Shown here: in pieces, positions 25,755 through 40,802 of the stretch | How the letters are laid out: every line of letters starts with the position of its first letter | How positions within the stretch are numbered: position 1 is the first letter of the stretch | NCBI RefSeq assembly: GCF_009914755.1 | Contig: NC_060944.1 | Length of the DNA stretch: 64,000 bases | Direction: 5' to 3' (one strand) | From: the human T2T-CHM13v2.0 reference genome, Homo sapiens | Notes under the pieces: model-generated | What the model was told of the DNA's origin: nothing | The model's input: the letters and a program-made list of their open reading frames with translations, nothing else | Databases searched by the model: none | Position numbers and translations under genes: made by a program

Positions 25755-26141
25755 CATTTCTTGAGGGTTTAGCCTGCAGTATTTGACTAAGGACCAACAT
25801 CTGTGGGTGGGAGGGATACAGGAAGCAGGAGCAGGCAGAGGTAGAAGCTAAGCTGTGATGCAAGCCAATTGCAGCCTTTGTCAGCCCCTTATGGAGCTCA
25901 CTAGCTAGGGTGATCCTTCAGAATGACCATGAGTTGGTCTGAGATAGTCAGTCCTTTACATCCACATCAATCATTGAGCATGGGCTGTTCCTAGGAGGGG
26001 CACGAACTTAAGACAGGCAGCTCTGGCAATTCTTACAGGTAACAACAGCTAAAGGCCTCTGTCAGCTGTAGTCCCTGTGGCTGCAGTAACAAATCCTTCA
26101 CTTAAGGGGAATTTAGGCAAAACATTCCTTTGTCCACCACA
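25755..26141 (-). mobile_element. Old MaLR/ERVL LTR remnant
   Basis: ggaagcaggagcaggcagagg...gctgtgatgca...tcagtcctttacatccacatcaatcattg resembles an antisense MLT1. Confidence 0.5.
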
Positions 26142-27078
26142 TTGATGTATTTATTGAATACAGCACTTTTGAACACACAAAGTAGAACTCTACTGATTTG
26201 TCAGACAGATTTTAAAACTTTATTTTTGAATAAGTAATAGACTTTCTCTCTGGCTCAAAGATTTAAAAGTTGGAAAATAACCTGTAATCAGCCATTGAGA
26301 GTATACTATCTATTTAGGTATCTGGCTGTATGCATTTTTTATATGACTAGTTTAATTATGATTTATTGAGCAGGCATGTATTTATTGTCTACCATTTAAG
26401 ACATAATTTTCTCTGTCAAAATCTGTATTTGTAATTTGTAATGGGGTAGGAATAAGTGTTTGATAGTAAATAGAAGTGTGTTTTTCAATAAAACAGAGCT
26501 ACTGACTAGTCAAGATTTCATGAGAAACTAATGTCAACCAACCTTGTTGACACCAAAAACTGTGACAAGATGAACCTGAGGGGTGGAGAACTTGGTAGAT
26601 TGGCTGACAGGGATGTGTAAGACAGCATGCTGGAACCCAGGTTCAGACTACCCAGCTCATTCTCTTTACCTTCTCCAGGCTATGCATCTACAAATGGCTG
26701 GAATTCTTGAAAGATGAACCGCAACCATAAGGGAACCAGCATAGATTCTAGAAATGAAGCAGGACATTTGCTCAGATAGTGGAGGTAGGGAAAGAATAGG
26801 AGGTGGAAAAGAATGTTCCAAGGAACATAAACAAAAGCATATAAAGAATAGGTCTCTAAAGAATTCCCCCAAGGAAACAGAAAAAAAAGTTCGGACAAAT
26901 ATTTTTTCCCGAGTTTCAATGGAATGAAAGGCAATATAATCTGAATAATGTTTTTTAAAAGCACCATAAAGAAATATAAGGATTTAAAGACAGACAATAA
27001 GACTAAAATGAAAGATAAACTAGCAGAGTTCAGGGAAAAATAAAAGCCATTAAACCACTCAAAAGGTAAGAGACTAAG

Positions 27079-27423
27079 GGCCAGGCGTGGTGGCTCACGC
27101 CTATAATCTCAGCACTTTGGGAGGCCAAGGTGGGCGGATCACTGAGGTCAGGAGTTCAAGACCAGCTTGGCCAACATGGTGAAACCCATTTCTACTACAA
27201 ATACAAAAAAATTAGCCGGGCGTGGTGGTGGGCGCCTGTAATCCCAGCTACTCAGAAGGCTGAGGCAGAAGAATCACTTGAACCCGGGAGGCAAAGGTTG
27301 CAGCCGAGATTGCACCACTGCACTCCAGCCTGGGCGCAACAGAGGGAGACTCCGTCTTACAAAAAAAAAAAAAAAAAAAAGAAAGAAAGAAGGAAAGAAA
27401 GAAAGAGAGAATAGGAAAAAAAA
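27079..27423 (+). mobile_element. AluS with A/(GAAA)n tail
   Basis: Full dimer; small deletion at ggttgcag^ccgag; agactaa on both flanks. Confidence 0.92.
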
Positions 27424-27547
27424 ACAGACTAACCACTGAAAACACAGTGATAAATAGACAAGTACTTAGCTACTAACAAATAAGTATAAAACAAATCATA
27501 GACCATTTTTATGAAATACAAACAAAGGAGATCCAACACATGTACAA

Positions 27548-27757
27548 CCAGTAACATGCAGGAGCTGGCTTGCACCAGCTTGCAAGAGCTGATTGGGCAT
27601 ACGTACTGCTTCCTAACTCCATTTTCAGTAACAGCTTGAAATCAGCCACTGTGGAAGTATTTACCCCACACAAATGGACAAATGCTACAAATCAGGGTTT
27701 TGTTTGTTTGTTTGTTTTCAGACAACTGGTTATTACATATCTACCAGAATACCACTT
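27548..27757 (+). mobile_element. MER63-like hAT DNA transposon fossil
   Basis: gagctggcttgcaccagcttgcaagagctgatt...agcttgaaatcagcc...aaatgctacaaatcaggg. Confidence 0.7.
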
Positions 27758-28992
27758 TTTACAACCTTTGCTGTTAAAAAAAAAAAGAATAAAATGGAAG
27801 AGAAAAAAATAATCAAAGATGTAATAGAAACACAAAAGTTAGTTTCCTGAAATAGAGAGTGTTAGATCAGCAGAACAAAAGAACACAATTGTCTCAGGGG
27901 AAAAAAAAGAATCAACCTGGAACAATTAACCCTAAAATATATCCTACTGAAGTTACAGAACTTCAAAGACAAATAATGTTCTGAATATCCAGACAGAAAA
28001 GGCAATTTACATATAAGAAAAAGAAAGTCAGTGTGCATTTAGATTTCTTCACTCTCATCAAGCAATGCCTGAGGGTGTTCTGAGGGAAAGAAAGGGTGAC
28101 CTAAGAATGTTTATTTTCCTACACTGGTGTTCTTCAGATTTTCAAGGCAACAGTCAATTGTTCTCAAATGCAATAAATCAGTATACACAGCAGAAAAAAA
28201 CCTTTATAATATTCTACTTCATTATCAAATTTATACAACTAAGAGATAAATTTAAAACATAAATCTCATGAACGATGAAGCTGTGGTCAAATGTGATAAT
28301 GATAATCATATTTATTTTAAAATAAATCTAAGACTAAACCACTGGTGTTTGGCAGTTTTAAATCAGAACATAAATATAAACCTTGACAATGTCAGTATCA
28401 TTGGATAACTTACTAAAATCTGAAGGTAGAAAGAAGGGAGTTGTAAGGAGGTTTAAGTATAATGATTTCCTCAGCAAGCGGTCAATGTATATTATTAAAG
28501 TTGCCGCAGATAGATAGAAAACCCCACCTCTGATCTCATCATGCTTTTTTCTTACCTTTAAGGGAATATGTTTCAAACTTATCTCTCTATATGAAAAAAA
28601 ACCGTTTTCTGAAGTTGAGAGATTACTGCAGGCACATTTTAGCTTCTTTTCTTATTTAATTTTAATAAGATTAAATACAATTTAGTTTTAAAGTAGCTTC
28701 TGTGCTATCATCCACATATGGATGATACTTGAAAAAGTATATCTGTCAACTTATCCTACTTGTTATAACCTTATATTTTTATCTCTTTCTATACAGGAAG
28801 ATTTATGGAATATTATAAACCAAGGGATTTTTTTGATGAAAAGATTTTGGGTTGATTGTTTACTTCTCTGTATTCCTTAAAATTGCTTGAAATTTTAGAC
28901 AATAAATGCATGTGTTTTAAAAAGAAGCCATTATTCTCTTCAAAATATCCCAAAATATTATTCTCTTTTAAACATATTAAAATTTTACAGAA

Positions 28993-29110
28993 AGCTGGGT
29001 GCAGGGATACACACCTATAGTCCCATCTACCCAGGAGACTGAGGTGGGAGGATCACTTAAACCCATGAGTTCAGTGCCAGCCTGAAAAACAAAGACCTTG
29101 TTCCTAAAAA
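28993..29110 (+). mobile_element. FLAM-type Alu monomer
   Basis: Single diverged monomer. Confidence 0.75.
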
Positions 29111-31542
29111 TAATTTTTTAATTAAAAAAAAGCCTTACAGAGTATGAAAATGGAATGAAAACAGATAACTAAAATAAGTCTGGATTAAAATTATTCGTTT
29201 AGACAAAAATGAAGAGAAGACACAAATCACCAGCATTGGGAATAAAATAGGTACTGAAACTGCAGATCTCGAAGTCATTAAAAGGATAATTTAAGTAAAT
29301 ATTTGGAAAAACTTTGTGTTCATAAATTCAACCACTTACAGTAAATAAACAATTTCTGAAAACCACACACTAACAAAAACTCAAGTAAGATGAAATACGT
29401 AAGCTGAATAGTCCTGGAACCACTGATGAAAATGGAATACATAACTTAAAAAGCTCCCCAAAATGAAATATCCAGAGACTTAAACTTGAAAAATAACCTG
29501 TAATCAGCAATTGAGAGTATGTTATCTATTTAGGTATCTGGCTATAAACTTTTTTTAATATGAAGTGTTTAATTATAATTTAGTGAGAGTGTTTTACTGG
29601 AGAAGTCTACTGGAAGAAGAATTAATGTCATTTTTTCACAATTTTCTTAAGAAAACAGAAGAGAACACTTCCCAAATCATTTGATGAAACAACTCTTACC
29701 CTGATAACAAAACCAAACAAATTCAGTAGGAAAGAAAACAAAACTATAAACAAATATTTTCTGCTTCCCAGCTTCAAGCGATTCTCTTGCTTCAGCCTCC
29801 CGAGTAGCTGGGATTACAGACATGTGCTACCACTTAGATGCAAAAATCCTGAAAAAAAAGATACCAAACTGAGTCTTACAATGTATAAAAGTAATTATAC
29901 TTTGTCAAGTGGTGCTTCTCTCCAGAATGGAGGGCAGATTTAATATGGAAAAATAATGTAATTCACCATAATAAAAAATGAAAAAGAAAAAAGTAATATG
30001 ATCACATCAATTGATGCAGAAAAAAATTTGACAAAACCCAACACATGTTTATGAATAAAAACTTTCAGCAAGTTAGGACTAGAGGGGAATTACCTCAACT
30101 TGATAAAAAGCAACTACAAAAAACCTCTGACTAACATCAAACTTACAGGTGAAAAGATTGAATGCTTTCCCCCTAAGAGGCAGAACAAGGCAAGCCTGAC
30201 TATTCTTACCAATCTTACTCAATATAGTAATGGAAATTCTAGCTGAATTCTAGCTCACTGAAATGAGGCAAGAAAAATAACTGTCTCTATTTGCAGATGA
30301 CATGATTGTCTAGGAATCAAATGCCAAAGAATCTAACAAATAACTCTTAGAAATAATAAATGAGTTCTGCAAATTTGCAGCATACAAGATCAACACACAC
30401 GCAAAATTTTATTCTGTGTACTAATCATGAACATACAGAAAATAAAATTTAAAACACAATGCCGTTTACAATTGCTCCAAAGAAAATGAAATACTTAGGT
30501 TTAAACTTAACAAAATATATACAGTATCTGTATGCTGACAATGACGATTACAAAATACAAATGAAATAAGTCAAAGTAGACCTAAGTAAATGGAGAGGCA
30601 TACTATATTCATAGATTAGAAGACTCAGCATAGCAAAGGTATCAATTTTCCCTAAATTGATCTATATAATCACTGAAATTTCTATAAAATAGTCAGTATA
30701 TTTTTTATAGATATAGACAAGTTTATTCTAAAATTTATATGGAAAGGTATGGGTCTAGAATAGCTAAACAATTTGTTCAAGAAGAATAAGGTGGGAGGAA
30801 TTGCCCTATCCAAACATTAAGATTTACTCTATAGCTGCAGTAATCATGACAGCATAGTATTAGCAGAGTGCTAGACACATAGATCAATGGAATTGAATAG
30901 AGAACCCAGAAATAGACCAATATAAATATGAACAACCAATTTTTGACAAAAGTGAAAAAACAATTTCTTGGAGTAAGATAGATTTTCAGCAAATGGTGCT
31001 ACAACAATTGAACATATATAGGCAAAAACACACACACACAAGAAAAAAACAAACAAAAAACATAACTTCCTCACAGCTAAAATCAATGGTGAAAGACTGA
31101 AAGCTTTTCCTCTAAGATCAGGACAAAGACAAAAATGCCCACGTTTACCACTGCTATTCTATATAGTATTGGAAGTGCTAGCCAGAGAAATCAGACAAAA
31201 ATAAAAATAAAAATAAAAAAGAAGAAACATCCAAATTTGAAAATAAGAATCAAAATTACCTTTGTTTGCAGATGACATGATCTCTGTAGAAAACCCTAAC
31301 AAGTCCATACACACACACACACATACACACCTGTTAGAACTAATATTAAATTCAACCCGATTGCAGGATACAATATAAACACACAAAAATCAGTTGCATT
31401 TCTATATAGTAGCACTGAACAATCTCAAAAGGAAATTAGGAAAACAATTTTATTTACAATGGCATTAAAAAGAATACAATGCTTAGAAATTAACTTCACC
31501 AAAGAGGTGAAAGACTTGTACACTGAAAATAACAAAACACTT

Positions 31543-32304
<762 letters not shown>

Positions 32305-34616
32305 CAGACATAAATAAATAGAAAGACATCCCATGTTCATAGATTGGAAGACCTAATATTGTTAAGATATCAATACTACCTAAAGCAGTCCACAGATTCC
32401 ATGCAATCCCTAGCAAAATCCAAATGTTTTTGCAGCAGAAGAAAGATCTATCCTAAAATTTATATGGAATCTCAAGCGACTTGGAATAGCCAAAACAACC
32501 TTGAAAAAGAAGAACAAAGTTAAAGACTAACTTTTTTATTTCGAAGCTCTCTACAAAGCAACAATAATCAAAAGAGTATGGTATTGGCATTAAATCACAG
32601 ACTGATGAAATAGAATAGAGATCCCAGAAATAAACCCTTGCATATTGTCAAATGATTCTTGACAAAGTTGCCAAGACCATTCAGGATGGGGAAAGAACAG
32701 TCTTTTTAACAAATGGCACTGGGAAAACTGAGCATCCACTTGCAAAAAGTGAAGATGGGCCCTTTGTTACCTAACATCATATACAGAAATTAGCTACATT
32801 TTTACCAAAGATGTAAACATAAGTGCCAAAACCATTAAACTCTTAGAAGAAAACATAAAGGAAAACCTACACAACATTGGATTTAGCAGTAATTTCTAAC
32901 ATGACACCAAAAGTATAGGATAAAAAAGAAAAATTAGATAAGTTGGACTACATAAGATTTAAAACTTCTGTGCAAAAGACACAATCAGACACAATCAACA
33001 GACTGAAAAGGCATCCCATAGTATGGAAAAAAATATTTGTAAATCATATATCTGGTAAGGAATCAATATCCAGAAGATAGAAAGAACTCCTAAAACTCAA
33101 CAACAATTAAAAACTCTTTAACATAAAATAGGCAAATAACTTGTATGACATTTCTCCAAAGAAGACATAAAATAAGCACATGATATGAAGCTTAACGTCA
33201 CTAATCAGAGAAATGCAAGTCAAAACCACAAATACCATCTCTCACTTATTAGCATGGCTAGTTAAAAAACACAGAAAATAGCAGATGTTGGCAAGGATGT
33301 GGAGAAATTAGAACCCTTGTGAACTGCTGGTGAGAATGTAGAATGGTACAGCTTCTATAGAAAACACTATTACAGTTTTTAAAAAATAAACATAGAATTA
33401 ACATAGAATCTAACAATTCCACTTCTGGGTATACACCCAAAAGAACTGAAAGCAAGGACTTGAACAAATATTTGTACCTCAATGTTTATTGCAGCATTAT
33501 TTGCAATAGCCAAAAGATGGAAACAACCCAACCATCAACAGATGAATGAAAAACAAAATGTGGTATACACATGGAAGGGGATATTTTTCATCCTTGAAAA
33601 GAATGGAATTCTGATACATGTGACAAAATGGATAAACCTTGAAGCCATGATGCTAAGTGAGCTAAACACAGAAGGATAAATATTGTATAATTCCACTTAG
33701 ATGAGGTGTCTAGAATAGTCAAATTCATAGATACAAGAAGTAGACTAGTGGCTACCAGAGGCTAGGGAAAGGGAGGAATGCCGAGTTATTGCTTAATAGA
33801 TACAGAGTTTCAGTTTGAAATGGTTAAAAAGTTGTGGTGATGGATAGTGGTCATGGTTGCAAAAGAAGGGGAGTGTACTTAATGCCATTAAACTGTACCC
33901 TTAAAAACGGTTACAATGTTAAATTTTATGTTATGAATATTTTGCTATAATAAAAACAAATCTTCAACCTAAACCTCATACCTTACACAAAAATTAACTC
34001 AAAATGGGCTTAGATGTAAAACATAACACTCTTAAAAAATAGCAGAAAATCTTCAAGATCTAAGTCTCGGAAAGAGTTCTTAGACCTGACACCAAAACCA
34101 TGATCTATAAAAATTAAGATTGATAAATTAGACCTCATCAAAATTAAAAACATATTCTCTGTGAAAGACCATGTGAAGAGGATGAACAAACAAGGTACAA
34201 ACTGGAAGAAAATACTTTCAAACTACCTATCCGACATACGGGGTATATAAAGAACTCTCAAAACTCAACAGAAAAAGAAATCTAAATGGAAAACGGTTAA
34301 GAGACAAGAGCAGACATTTCACCAAAGAGAATATACAGATGGCAAATAGGCACACAAAAGGATGTTCAATGTCATTAAACATTAGGGAAACTCAAATTGA
34401 AACCACAATGAGATGTCACTAGACACCTATCAGACTGGCTGAAATAGAAAATAGTGACAACACCAAATGCTGGTGAGGATGCAGAGAAACTATATAAATC
34501 ATTCGTTGATAGTGGGAATGTAAAATGGTACAGCTACTCTGAAAAACACTTTGGTAGTTTCTTACAAAACTAAATATATTGTTATCATATCATCCAGCAA
34601 TTACATTTCTGGGCAT

Positions 34617-34978
34617 TGTTATGGGGTGAATACTTGCATCCCCCTAAAATTCATATATTGAAATCCTACATGCCAGTTTGATGGTATTAGGAGATGGGGT
34701 CTTTGGGAAATAATTAAGATTAGATGAGGTCATGAAGGTGAAGAAAGAATTTGTGTCCTTATGTAAGTGCCGAGAGAGAGAGCTGCTTTCCCTTTCCTCC
34801 ATGTGAGATTCCAGAGAGAAGACCACTGTACTTAGACCCTCACCAGACACTGAATCTGCTGGTGCTTTCATCTAGGACTTGCCAGACTCCAGAACTGTGA
34901 GAAATAAATGTATGTTGTTTGTATCTTTTGTTATAAGTTTGTGGTCTTTTGTTATAATAGCCTGAATGAACTAAGACA
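34617..34978 (+). mobile_element. MLT1A-like solo LTR
   Basis: tgttatggggtgaat...aaattcatatattgaaatccta...gaactaagaca. Confidence 0.8.
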
Positions 34979-36071
34979 GACACTCCTCTCAGAGAAGTGA
35001 AAACTGAAAACTCACTTTCACACAGAAACATGAACAAGAATTGTCATAGCAGCTTTATTTGTTATAGCCAAAAATTGGAGACAGCCTACATATCCTTCAA
35101 TAGGTAAATAGTTAAATAAAATGTGGTACATATTAATACATACCATGAAATAGTACTCAGCAATAAAAAGAAGTGATTGATTTGTGCCACATCATGGATT
35201 ATAAATCTGCAGGGAATTATGCTTAGTGAACAATACCCTAAAAGGTTATATACTATCTATATAACATTTTTGAAAAGACAAAATTTTATGAATGTAGAAC
35301 AGACTGGTAGTTGTCGGGGTTAAGGAGGGAATGAGAGGTGCAGGAGGAAGGTGGATGTTGTTATAAAATAGCGACAGGAGGTATCTTGTGGTGATAGAAC
35401 TAAGTCTTGACTGTGATGGTGACTGTATGAACTACACATGGGTTGTAATTATATAACTACACAGAGAGAGAGAGAAACACATACCTACATACATATACAT
35501 ATACATATACATAAAATACATATGCATATATAAAAATAGCCGGGTGTGGTGGTGCGCACCTGTACATATGTGTATATGTATGTGTGTGTATGTGTGTGTG
35601 TATATATGTATGTGTGTGTATGTGTGTGTGTATATATGTATTTATGTATTATGTATTTCTCTCTCTGTGTGTAGTTAATTATATATATGTGTGTGTGTAT
35701 ATATACATATATGTTATATATATAGATCTATACATATATATGTAATATATATTTTATATATAGAGAGAGAGAGAGACAGAGAGAGAGAAATGAGTACAAG
35801 CAAAACCAGAGATATCTAAGTAAGATTACTGAATTGCATCAATGTCAAGATCCTGGTTGTGATAGTGTACTATAGTTTTGCAAGATGCTGGGGAAAGCTA
35901 GATTAAGAATACACTGCTCTTTCTTCAAGATCCTGGTTGTGATAGTGTACTATAGTTTTGCAAGATGTTGGGGAAAGCTAGATTAAGAATACACTGCTCT
36001 TTCTGCATTTCTTACAACTACATGGGAATCTACAATTATCTCAAAAAGAATTTCAATTACAAAGTAATTCA

Positions 36072-36540
<469 letters not shown>

Positions 36541-36599
36541 AAGTAATTCATATATCCTTAACTTACCTTACCAACATTTACTGAGCACTTCCTATGTCA

Positions 36600-36798
36600 A
36601 TGCTGTCCCACAGAACTTTCTGTGACAATGGAAATGTTCTATATATTCATTGGATAATACAGTAGCCACTAGCCATGTGTGGCTACTAAGCACTTGAAAT
36701 GTAACTAGTGTGACTGAGAAACTGAATTTTTAATTTTATTTAATTTAAGTCTAAATAGCCACATGTAGCTAATGGCCACCATGTTGGGCAGCACAGTC
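36600..36798. mobile_element. MER3-like hAT fossil
   Basis: tgctgtcc...gtagccactagccatgtgtggctactaagcacttgaaatgt...gggcagcacag with inverted termini. Confidence 0.8.
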
Positions 36799-37333
36799 CT
36801 ATAAGTCAATTACTAAGATAGGTATTGGCAACCCTAAAATGAACATAGCCTTCCGGAAACTAAAAGTCTATTTAAAGGAGGCTAATAAACATATCAATAT
36901 TATAAACCATATGCCAGAGTAGGATTGCTCATATTTATTTTATGTCTCAAAGATGAGACACCTGACCTAGCTGGAGTTAAAGGTGTGAGAAAATCCTTGC
37001 AAAATGAAATATCCTGAGCTGAGTCTTCCAGGCAGTTAATGTAAGCCAGGTGAGTTAAAGCCTCTTGACTTTGGTGATTTGGGAGAAATACTGTCCCAGG
37101 TACAGGAAACAGGATTTATAAAGGCACATGGACATGAAAGGACATTCAGGAAAGGCAAGTTTTTGGTAAGCCAGGGCAGAGTCAATGAGTATAGAGAGAT
37201 AGGGAGGGGCTGGATGGTGAACGCCTCAGATGCCGTGCCTTAGCACTTCAATTTCATCATGAAGATTATAGACAACATCGAAGTGTTTTAAGAACAACAT
37301 AAGTAGGTTGACATCTTTAAAATATCACTTGCA

Positions 37334-37707
37334 GGCTGGGCACAGTGGCTCAAATCTGTAATCCTAGCACTGTGGGAGACTGAGGAACGGGAATTGCTTG
37401 AGCCCAGTAGTTCAAGGCCAACCTGGGCAATGTGGCCAGAGCCTGTCTACAAAAATTTTTTAGAAAGACATTAGCTGGGTGTGGTGGGGTGCGGCTATAA
37501 TCCCAGGTACTTGGGCAGCTGAGGCCAGAGTAGCTTGAGCCCAGGAATTTGAGGTTGCAGTGAGCTATGATCATGCCACTGTTCTCCAGCCTAGGCAAGA
37601 GAGCAAGGTCCTGTCTCAAAAATAAATAAAATAAAATAAAATAAAATAAAATAAAATAAAATAAAATAAAATAAAATAAAATAAAATAAAATAAAATAAA
37701 ATAAAAT
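37334..37707 (+). mobile_element. AluJ with a long (AAAAT)n tail
   Basis: Dimer; ~17 AAAAT units at 37618-37707; TSD aaaata(t/c)cacttgc. Confidence 0.92.
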
Positions 37708-38452
37708 ACCACTTGCCTCTCAATGGATTAGATACAGCAAGACTCCAGTTAGGGAGCTACAGGTGTAGCTTCTGAGAAGAATACCTAACGGCTCAAATAA
37801 GGCAGTGGAAGTTGGAGTGGGAAGAAGGGAATAGATTTAATAAACATTAAAGAGGTAGAATCAGGAAGATATATCCAAATGGATGTAGATGATAGGGTCA
37901 CAAGTAATATACTTGGAGATAGCTTCCAAGCATTTGACTGGGATAGCTGCTAGATGGTGGTGCTGTAGGGGCAGAGACAGTTAATGAAAGAGAAAGAGTG
38001 GGTTTGGAGTAGAATATGTAGGACTTTACTTTTTTAACATGTTGAGATTGAGTGGCCTGAGAAACGCCCAAAGTCTCAGACCAGTCAAGGAGGCATTAAG
38101 AAGCACAAATCTGGGGCCAGGCAAGGAAGTGTGGAAGACATGCTAGTGTGGGTGCTACCTGAAACCATACATAGAGTTAAGATTGCCCAGGAAAACTGCA
38201 TCAAATGAGAATGGCCCAAGAATGTAACTCAAGCAAGCACCAACATGAAAGGAGTGGGTGGAGGAAGAAGTGACCATAAGGACACTGAGAAAGAGCTGAG
38301 AGAGGGGACATGAAGAAAACCAGGAGCAGCCTAGAGAAGGCCAGTGGGTCAGCTGCTGTCCTGAGCAGGGAAGAGTCAGTCCACTTTCACAAATACTCAT
38401 ACAGTTCTCCTTTTCTTTCTAGCCTGAGAGATAGCAAAATTAAAACATTTTG

Positions 38453-38752
38453 AGGCGAGGTATGGTGGCTCATGCGTGTAGTCCTAACTACGAGGGAGGC
38501 TTAGGTGGGAGGATCTCTTGAAGCCAGGAGTTCCAGACCAGCTTGGGGAACCCTGTCTCTACAAAACAAAAATTTTTAAAAAATAGCCAGGTGTGGTGGT
38601 GCTCACCTGTAGTCCCAGCTACTCAGGAGGCTGAGGTGGGAGGATCTCTTGAGCCCAGGTATTCAAGGCTGCAGTGAGCCATGATGGTGCCACTGTGCTC
38701 CAGCTTGGGGACATAGTGAGACCCTGTCTCTTAAACACACACACATACACAC
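38453..38752 (+). mobile_element. AluJ with a (CA)n tail
   Basis: Dimer with J diagnostics (gagcccagg..ttcaaggctgcagtgagc). Confidence 0.9.
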
Positions 38753-40585
38753 AATATTTTGGTATCAGCACATGAAATTGGCAGACATCAGTAGAACAGA
38801 GGAGTCTAGAAATAAACCCAAATACGTTTGAGAATTTCGTTTATAATAAAGGTGGCTTTATAAATCAGTGAAGAAAAAAATATATTTGTATGGGTTAAAG
38901 ATTATAGCTAAAGTTCTGTAGAATTGAGCTTAAGTACCTGTGGCCTTAAGCAACAGTAAATTACTTTATCCCATTTGGTGAGCTCTATCCTCTTTCTGAA
39001 AGGGAAATAAACCCATGTAACTTTAAGGCCATGGACTTCAGTGGGAGTCAGTAAAATCTCCGGATGAAATCCCCTTGAACGATTTGGGTCAAACTTCACT
39101 CCGGAACAAGGTTAGGAATTCTGAATGAGATTGCCAGATATTGAAAAATTTTAAACATTCACTGCTTACATATCATAGCTCAGAAATATCACAGCTCAGA
39201 AAGTACATGTTGTGCCAGACAAGCAATTAAGAGCTTTTGTTGTGTAAGTTGTTAATACACAAGTGTACTTCATAGCTTCTAACCTGCTAAAATCCCAGCA
39301 TGCTGAGGAATATCAGTACTAGACATTTTTTTCTCTAAGAAGAAAAACATCATCATCAACACTGCCATGTAAAGGCTGTCCCCTAATGTGTCTCCAAACC
39401 ATGGTTTAATTTTGAGTAGAAGGGTAGAAAATAAAGTACAACCTCATCTACCAATGGTGTATCCAGAGTATCTTCATCATTGTCCCTAGGCCATGCTCAG
39501 TTGATGAAAAATTAAGACTCACTTGTCATTTAGTAAAGCTGTCATCATCAAGAACAGCATGGATTCATGTGGAGGGTTTGTAGGGCACCACTCTTTGTTT
39601 TGCACAGGTGTAGTGATTTTAAGAGAATCAGAGAGTTGATGGGAGATTTGAAGAAGGTATCACATACTCACATTAAAAAAAAAAAACAGGCTCTCTGCCC
39701 ATTAAATTCATCCTATTCTCATTTTAACTTGTTTTTCTTTTAAAGCACATCCTCACTGATGCCACCTAAAGCCTTAGTTGCCTCTTGGAGGGGAATGTAA
39801 AAGGCTCCCCTTTTTCTGGAAAACCCAACTCAATCTTATGAAGATCCATCAGAATCTTATGAAGATCTAAGAAGGATTTATTCAGAAGAGACAGATGAGA
39901 GAGTATTGCGCTTTCTTTTCAGTATCTGGTGTTGGGAGGTAAAGCAAAAGCTATTGCCAGGATGAAAAGCCAGGACTGTATGGCCATCTATGCCAGGTAG
40001 AATATAGCAGGGAGACTATTTTTACCATGACAGGGACAAACTTTTATTTTTGTAAGATGGGCCACAAACATAACATTGGAAATGTTTCTAAGGATAATAA
40101 GGACAGTCATTTTCTTCTGAGAACATTATGATCTATACAGCAATAAATTTAAAATATATTAAAGAGAGAGAGGAAGTGAGAGGGAAAGGGAGAAAGACTC
40201 AGAGTGAGAAGGGGCAAGTTTGAGACGGAGTAATATTTAGCAGCTGTTTGGCCTTGGTCATGGTCACTTATGCTTTCTAAGCTAGTTTCCTTATCTGCAA
40301 AATATAGATGTCAGTTATGCTTTTTTCATGGAGTTGTTTTATCAAAGGAAGGTTCCATAAGGCAGAGGAGATGTCCTACAATCAAAGCTCAAAGGCCTGG
40401 CTCAGAGTCTTTACTCAATGATTTTGAATGAATGTCTAAAAGAGTAGTTATCAGATTTCTGTGCATCAAAATCATCTGGGAGGTTTATTTAAAATAATAG
40501 TGTCTGGCTGTATTGGATGTCTACCAATTCAGAGTGAAACCTGGGCCTCTCACGGCCCCTGAGTGCTTCTAAAGCACAAATTTGA

Positions 40586-40802
40586 TGTGGCAGATGCCCT
40601 GGCATACCACCTAGATACCCCTTCAAGGAAGGATTTGTTTTCTTGCCCCTGGGAATGTGGCTGGCAGGCAGCCTTTAGCTCTCAAGTCTGCTTCCTCTTC
40701 TTCCATCCTTAGGGGTTGTGTCCCAAGGGCACTTCCTAATACACATCTCAAACACTAAACTCTGTCTCTAAGTCTGCTTTCTGCACAACCCATCCTGCTA
40801 CA
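40586..40802 (+). mobile_element. LTR16-like ERVL remnant
   Basis: tgtggcagatgcc...agataccccttcaagg...aaactctgtctctaagtctgctttctg...ctaca. Confidence 0.55.
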
